Assembly (NCBI GenBank): GCA_050117845.1
Contig: JASFLY010000001.1
Location: forward strand, 160,001-224,000
Direction: 5' to 3'
From: Candidatus Zixiibacteriota bacterium
GTDB lineage: Bacteria > RBG-13-66-14 > B26-G2 > WVWN01
Length of the DNA stretch: 64,000 bases
Program-made: the position numbers and the translations under genes
Notes under the pieces: generated by a model
What the model saw: only the letters and a program-made list of their open reading frames with translations
What the model was told of the DNA's origin: nothing
The model's database searches: none
Shown: one piece after another, positions 58,968 through 64,000 of the stretch
How the letters are laid out: each line of letters begins with the position of its first letter
How positions within the stretch are numbered: the stretch's first letter is position 1

Positions 58968-61472
58968 ATGGATAAGAAAATTCTCGACAAAATAGAGGAA
59001 ATCGTCGGCCCGACCGGCTACACCGTCGCGCCCGTAGAACTTCGGGCCTACGCCGCCGACGCCGGAATCCACCTTCGCGAACCCGAGGTCGTCGTCAGGC
59101 CGGCCAACGCCGAACAGGTCTCCGGCATCCTCAAACTCGCCAACGAACACATTATCCCGGTTACGCCCCGGGGCGCCGGCACGGCGCTCTGCGGCCACGC
59201 CGTCCCCATCAAGGGCGGCATCGTCCTCGACCTCCAGGCCATGAACAAAATCAAGGAGGTCCACGTCGAGGACTTCTACGTCGTCGTCGAGCCGGGCGTG
59301 GTCTACGCCGACCTCAACGCCCACCTCAAACCCCAAAAGTTCTTCTTCCCGCCGGCGCCGGGGTCGGGCGACGTCGCCAACATCGGCGGCATGGTCGCGG
59401 CCAACGCCTCCGGCGTCAACGCCGTCAAGTACGGCGCCACCCGCGATTACGTCCTGGGCTGCGAGATAGTCCTGCCCACCGGCGAGATAATCCACAGCGG
59501 CACCCGGACCCTCAAGAATTCGTCCGGCTTCCAGCTCGACCGCCTCATGGTCGCGTCGGAGGGGATGCTGGGCGTCATAACCGAAATCACGCTCCGCATC
59601 GTACCCCTGCCGCAAAAGAACGCCCTCGCGATGGCCGTCTTCGACGACGTCGAGAAGGCGGGCCAGTGCGTCTCGGACATCATCGCGTACCCGCTCATCC
59701 CACACTCGCTCGAGATAATGGACAACATCTGCATCCAGGCGGTCAACAAGGCCACCGGCCTCGGCCTTCCGGACGCGGAAGGCATCCTCCTCATCGGCGT
59801 CAGCGGCCACCCGGAAGCCGTCAAGGACGAGATTAAAATCGTGGCCGACGTAGCCGAAAAAGCGGGCGCCGTTGACGTCAAGTTTACGGAAGACCCGGGG
59901 GAAATCGCGGCTCTCCAGAAGGGCCGCAAGGCCATGATCCCCTCGCTCTCCCGCTTCAAGGAGGGCATGGTCACGGTAATGCTGGCCGACGACATGGCCG
60001 TCCCGCCGTCGCAGGTCCCGAACGCCGTCAAGGCCTTCCACGAGATTCAGAGCCGGTACGACGGCATATATATCCCCACCTACGGCCACGCCGGCGACGG
60101 CAACCTCCACACCAAGTTCATCATAGACCCCACCGACCCCGACGTCTGGGAGCGGGCCGAGAAGGCCAACGAGGAGGTATTCGACGCGGTCCTGGCGCTG
60201 GGCGGAACCGTCACGGGCGAGCACGGCGTCTCCATCACCAAAGCCCCGTACTTCAAGAAGGAGCGCGCCGATTCGCTGGAGGCGATGCGCGCCGTCAAAA
60301 AGGCGCTCGACCCCAACAACATCCTGAACCCCGGCAAGCTCATGGACTGGGACCAGCCGGGCATCGTCCACTACCTCCGCTACAAGACCGGGAAGCGCGA
60401 GTACGGCGAGCACATGGAAGCGCTGGAGAAGTGGGAGATGGAGCTCAACGCCTGCACCCATTGCGGCTTCTGCAAGGCCGTCTGCCCCACGCTGTCCGAC
60501 ATCGGCTGGGACGCCGGCGGGTCCAAAGGCCGCCTCATGGCCTCGTACGCCCTGCTGCAGGGCGACGTCGCGCCGGGCGACGACGTCGTCGACCGCCTCT
60601 TCTCCTGTACCCTGTGCATGGACTGCACCCGCCGCTGCCCGACCAAGATAGACGTCGCGCCCATCGTCGAGGCGGCGCGGGCGGGCCTGGTCAAGGCCGG
60701 GTTCAAGATGCCGGTACACGAGGACCTGGTCGGCAAAGTCCTGTCGACCGGCAACATCTACGGCGAGGAGGAAATGGGCGTCAAGCCCCGGGAGGGCGAG
60801 GCCCTGCTCTACGTCGGCTGCGCCTTCTCCCAGCGGCCCAACATGGTCAAGATGTTCACGCGCATCCTCGAGAAACTGGGCGTCAAACCGAAAATAATCG
60901 AGGAGACCTGTTGCGGCTACCCCATAAAGAGTCTGGGCTACTGGGACGAATTCGAACAGCAGAAGAAAAAGTTCAACGAGACCTTCCCGGAAGGGGAACT
61001 CATAACGCTCTGCCCCACCTGCACCGTGCTGTTGAAAGAGGAGTACGGCCGGCCGGTGAAACACGCCCTCGAGGTCATCGCCGAGAAACTGGCCGACACG
61101 CCGGTGAAGTCGCTCGACATCAAGGCCACGTACCATGACCCGTGCCACCTCTCGCGAGGCATGGACATGGTGGACGAGCCCCGCGCCATCATGAAAGCGC
61201 TGGGTATCGACCTGGTCGAGATGCCTTTGTCGAAGAACACGTCGCGGTGCTGCGGCGGCGGCGGCGGCATCATAACGTCGGCGCCGGAGCTCTCGGGTCG
61301 GCTGGCGGTCGCGCGGGCCGAACAGGCCGCGGCCACGGGCGTGAACACGCTGGTGACCGCGTGCGCCACCTGCGAACTGACGCTCCGGGGCGGCGCCCAG
61401 GCCCTGGGCGGCAACGGCGACGGCCTTAAAGTCGCCAACCTCCTCGACCTGGTATGGAAGGCTATTAAATAA
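58968..61472 (+). CDS. FAD-linked D-lactate/2-hydroxyacid dehydrogenase (GlcD/Dld-like) fused to 2x[4Fe-4S] and CCG (GlcF/HdrD-like) domains
   Basis: RGAGT, SEGMLG, GHAGDGNLH, GEHG and NPGK; then CTHCGFCKAVCP, CTLCMDCTRRCP, CCG..CPTC and HDPCH..CCG..CATC. Confidence 0.9.
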   Translation: MDKKILDKIEEIVGPTGYTVAPVELRAYAADAGIHLREPEVVVRPANAEQVSGILKLANEHIIPVTPRGAGTALCGHAVPIKGGIVLDLQAMNKIKEVHVEDFYVVVEPGVVYADLNAHLKPQKFFFPPAPGSGDVANIGGMVAANASGVNAVKYGATRDYVLGCEIVLPTGEIIHSGTRTLKNSSGFQLDRLMVASEGMLGVITEITLRIVPLPQKNALAMAVFDDVEKAGQCVSDIIAYPLIPHSLEIMDNICIQAVNKATGLGLPDAEGILLIGVSGHPEAVKDEIKIVADVAEKAGAVDVKFTEDPGEIAALQKGRKAMIPSLSRFKEGMVTVMLADDMAVPPSQVPNAVKAFHEIQSRYDGIYIPTYGHAGDGNLHTKFIIDPTDPDVWERAEKANEEVFDAVLALGGTVTGEHGVSITKAPYFKKERADSLEAMRAVKKALDPNNILNPGKLMDWDQPGIVHYLRYKTGKREYGEHMEALEKWEMELNACTHCGFCKAVCPTLSDIGWDAGGSKGRLMASYALLQGDVAPGDDVVDRLFSCTLCMDCTRRCPTKIDVAPIVEAARAGLVKAGFKMPVHEDLVGKVLSTGNIYGEEEMGVKPREGEALLYVGCAFSQRPNMVKMFTRILEKLGVKPKIIEETCCGYPIKSLGYWDEFEQQKKKFNETFPEGELITLCPTCTVLLKEEYGRPVKHALEVIAEKLADTPVKSLDIKATYHDPCHLSRGMDMVDEPRAIMKALGIDLVEMPLSKNTSRCCGGGGGIITSAPELSGRLAVARAEQAAATGVNTLVTACATCELTLRGGAQALGGNGDGLKVANLLDLVWKAIK

Positions 61473-61474
61473 CC

Positions 61475-62542
61475 ATGAAGATTTACGACCTGGGCCTTCG
61501 GCCCCATCTGGACTCCATGCTCTGCTTCCACGCCCTGGCCCACCTCGGCCGGGAGGGGCTGGTGCTCGTGTCGCCGGCCTCGACCATCGCCTGCGTCGGC
61601 TACTTCCAGGACACGCGGGAAGTGGTGGACGTCGACTTCTGCCTGCGCGAAGGCCTCGAACTCATGCGCCGCGAGGTGGGCGGCGGAGCCGTCCTCCTCG
61701 ACTCGGGCCAGGTGTTCTACCAACTGGTCCTGCGCCGCGACAACCCGCTGGTGCCGACGACCGTGGACGGCGTCTACCGGAAATTCTCGGAACCGGCCAT
61801 CCGGACCTACGGCGACTTCGGCGTGGAGGTCTCGTTCCGCCCCATCAACGACCTGGTCACGACGGACGGCCGCAAGATAGCCGGCGAGGGCGGCGCGGAC
61901 ATCGGCCCTTGCATGGCCTTCGTCGGCTCCATAATCATGGACTTCGACTACGACCTCATGCCCCGGATGCTCAGGGTCCCGGACGAGAAGTTCCGCGACA
62001 AGTTCCACAAGTCGCTCTCCGAGAACCTGACCACGCTCCGCCGCGAAACCGGAAGGCTCGTCCCGCGCGAGGACGCGGCCTTCGCGTTGCGCACCCGGTT
62101 CGCCGAGCTGTTCGGCCCCCTCGAGGACGCGCTTCTGGACGACGAGCTCCGCGCCAAGATGAACGAGCTGGAGGCGCTCTACCGCTCCGAGGAATTTCTC
62201 TTCCGCAAGATACGCAGCCCCTTGGCCCGGGAGACGCGCGTGCGCGAGGGCGTCCGCTTCTTCGACGGCGTCCACAAAGCGCCGGGGGGGCTGTTGAGCT
62301 GCTGCGCCGAGGTGGTCGAGGACACGATAGACGACGTGTCCATAACCGGCGACTTCACGATGGTGCCCCGGGCGGGCCTGGAAGAGTTAGAGCGCGCCAT
62401 CGTCGGCGCGCCGTACGAGGCCCCGCCGGTGCAAGAGGCCATCGAGGAATTTTACGGCGCGAGCGGCGTCGACACGCCGGGCGTTGAATCGCGGGATTAC
62501 CTTGCGGCGTTGGGGTTGATAAAAACCGATGGCAAAGGCTAA
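61475..62542 (+). CDS. lplA: Lipoate-protein ligase with C-terminal accessory domain
   Basis: VGYFQD, RREVGGGAVLLD, NDL...RKIAG and KAPGGL. Confidence 0.9.
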   Translation: MKIYDLGLRPHLDSMLCFHALAHLGREGLVLVSPASTIACVGYFQDTREVVDVDFCLREGLELMRREVGGGAVLLDSGQVFYQLVLRRDNPLVPTTVDGVYRKFSEPAIRTYGDFGVEVSFRPINDLVTTDGRKIAGEGGADIGPCMAFVGSIIMDFDYDLMPRMLRVPDEKFRDKFHKSLSENLTTLRRETGRLVPREDAAFALRTRFAELFGPLEDALLDDELRAKMNELEALYRSEEFLFRKIRSPLARETRVREGVRFFDGVHKAPGGLLSCCAEVVEDTIDDVSITGDFTMVPRAGLEELERAIVGAPYEAPPVQEAIEEFYGASGVDTPGVESRDYLAALGLIKTDGKG

Positions 62543-62957
62543 AAGGCCTTTCGTCGTATACGTACTGCTGCTCCTTTTGCTCGTGCAGGCGCTGAGCGCG
62601 CTGGCGGGGGGAATTCCGATGGTCGCGGATCCGAGCGGCGCAATGCTCGGTTTCCCGGCGGACATGCTCGACGACTCGCCGTTCGACAGTTACCTGGTTC
62701 CCGGCCTCATTTTGACGTTCGTGCTGGGCGTTTTCCCGCTGGCGGTAATGTTCGGCCTATGGCGAAGGTCATATTGGGCGCGGTTCGGTTCGCTGGTCGT
62801 GGGCGTCGCGCTCGTAATCTGGATAGGCGTCCAAATTTTAACGATAGGCTATCAGGCGGATACGCCGCTGCAAATCATCTACGGTTCACTGGGTTTCGTA
62901 TTGCTCGTTTTGGCGTTATTACCCGCCGTCCGCAGGTATTGCGGCGGCCGGCCTTGA
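62529..62957 (+). CDS. Hypothetical 4-TM membrane protein
   Basis: Hydrophobic; DPSG..LG and SPF.SYLVPGLIL. Confidence 0.75.
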   Translation: MAKAKRPFVVYVLLLLLLVQALSALAGGIPMVADPSGAMLGFPADMLDDSPFDSYLVPGLILTFVLGVFPLAVMFGLWRRSYWARFGSLVVGVALVIWIGVQILTIGYQADTPLQIIYGSLGFVLLVLALLPAVRRYCGGRP

Positions 62958-63039
62958 TTTCGATATTCAAAAACGAAGAGAGTAGTACGCTACTATAATA
63001 ATCCTAACCATTCCGTTAACGGAAGAAACGGAGGCATCC

Positions 63040-64000
63040 ATGGCCGCGAAAAAACACGACTGGAAAGCGCCCTGGCTCCAGACGGTCCCCGCGGAACCGC
63101 CGACCGGCGCCGAGGAACACCCCCTCGCCGACGTCGAAGAGCCCAACCTCTTCCGCGACCAGTTCCCCTACTCCGAAGTCCCCAAACTGGCCTTCGACGG
63201 CGAAACGGTTCCCCTCGCCCCCGCCGAGGACATATGGGTAACGGACACCACGTTCCGCGACGGCCAGCAGGCCCGGCCGCCCTACGAGGTAGAGGACATC
63301 GTCCACATCTACAAACTGCTCAACCGGCTGGGCGGCCCGAACGGCGTCGTCCGCCAGTCCGAGTTCTTCCTCTACAGCGAGAAGGACCGGGAAGCCCTGG
63401 TCAAGTGCCGGGAACTCGGTTACCGGTACCCCGAGATAACGGGTTGGATCCGGGCCGTGCCCGCCGACTTCGAACTCGTCAAGCAGATGGGCCTGGAGGA
63501 AACCGGCATCCTGACGTCCATCTCGGATTATCACATCTTCATGAAGTTCAAGAAGACGCGCGCGCAGGTCATCGAAGACTTCATGAAGGTCATCGGCGCC
63601 GCCGCCGAGGCCGGCCTCAAGGAGGTCCGCTGCCACTTCGAGGACATGACCCGGGCCGACTTCTGGGGCACCGTCATACCCTTCGGCGAACGCCTCATGC
63701 GCTTCTCCGAAGAGAGCGGCATGAGAATCAAGATCCGCATCTGCGACACCATGGGGTACGGCGTGCCCTGGGCCGAGGCGGCCCTGCCGCGCAGCGTCCC
63801 CAAGATGGTCTATTACCTGCGCACCGAACTCGGCATCCCCTACCGCCAGCTCGAGTTCCACGGCCACAACGACTTCCACCTCGTCCTCGCCAACCCCGTG
63901 GCCGCATGGCTCTACGGCTGCGCCGACGCCAACGGCTCGCTTCTGGGCATCGGCGAGCGCACCGGCAACTCGCCTTTGGAGGCGCTCTGCGTGAAGTACG
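63040..64000 (+). CDS. Re-citrate synthase (DRE-TIM/LeuA family), 3'-truncated by the window edge
   Basis: Not in the ORF track because there is no stop. GGAGG RBS; EPNLFRDQFPY, DTTFRDGQQARPPY, EFHGHNDF and GIGERTGN. Confidence 0.85.
   Translation, partial: MAAKKHDWKAPWLQTVPAEPPTGAEEHPLADVEEPNLFRDQFPYSEVPKLAFDGETVPLAPAEDIWVTDTTFRDGQQARPPYEVEDIVHIYKLLNRLGGPNGVVRQSEFFLYSEKDREALVKCRELGYRYPEITGWIRAVPADFELVKQMGLEETGILTSISDYHIFMKFKKTRAQVIEDFMKVIGAAAEAGLKEVRCHFEDMTRADFWGTVIPFGERLMRFSEESGMRIKIRICDTMGYGVPWAEAALPRSVPKMVYYLRTELGIPYRQLEFHGHNDFHLVLANPVAAWLYGCADANGSLLGIGERTGNSPLEALCVKY

Noticed and set aside
58887..61148. 753-aa minus-strand ORF and similar long antisense ORFs (e.g. 57261-58721, 43029-44543, 24802-26166)
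   Set aside because: Antisense shadows of well-supported genes, expected at high GC, with no motifs.
63016..63879. 287-aa minus-strand ORF
   Set aside because: Antisense to the Re-citrate synthase frame.

Overview
GC-rich bacterial DNA, probably from an anaerobe (Hdr/Flx, Re-citrate synthase, B12 enzymes); taxonomy cannot be fixed from this window. There are three blocks. (1) 1-8.8 kb, + strand: a propionyl/methylmalonyl-CoA and butyryl-CoA operon (carboxyltransferase, biotin carboxylase, BCCP, split methylmalonyl-CoA mutase, epimerase, crotonase, thiolase, hbd). (2) 8.8-45.6 kb: a patchwork of about 40 mostly minus-strand accessory genes. Several single genes are bracketed by direct repeats made of terminators and REP-like palindromes: a 101-bp duplication of the hbd 3' end around a YD-repeat gene, and a ~220-bp repeat around adenosine deaminase. 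(3) 46-63 kb, + strand: hdrC-hdrB-hdrA(HdrL-type)-flxD-flxC-flxB-flxA, followed directly by an orphan GcvH/LbpA-like lipoyl carrier, a LarA-family racemase, a D-2-hydroxyacid dehydrogenase fused to HdrD-like CCG domains, and a lipoate-protein ligase. The best candidate for an undescribed system is this cluster, in which a lipoylated protein may be the thiol/disulfide shuttle between Hdr-Flx and lactate/2-hydroxyacid redox chemistry (inference). The cluster also has a terminator-containing leader, a ~74-bp phased repeat array between hdrB and hdrA, and an antisense RelE-type toxin-antitoxin insertion. A Re-citrate synthase gene runs off the right edge. No tRNA, rRNA, CRISPR array, integrase or transposase was recognised.
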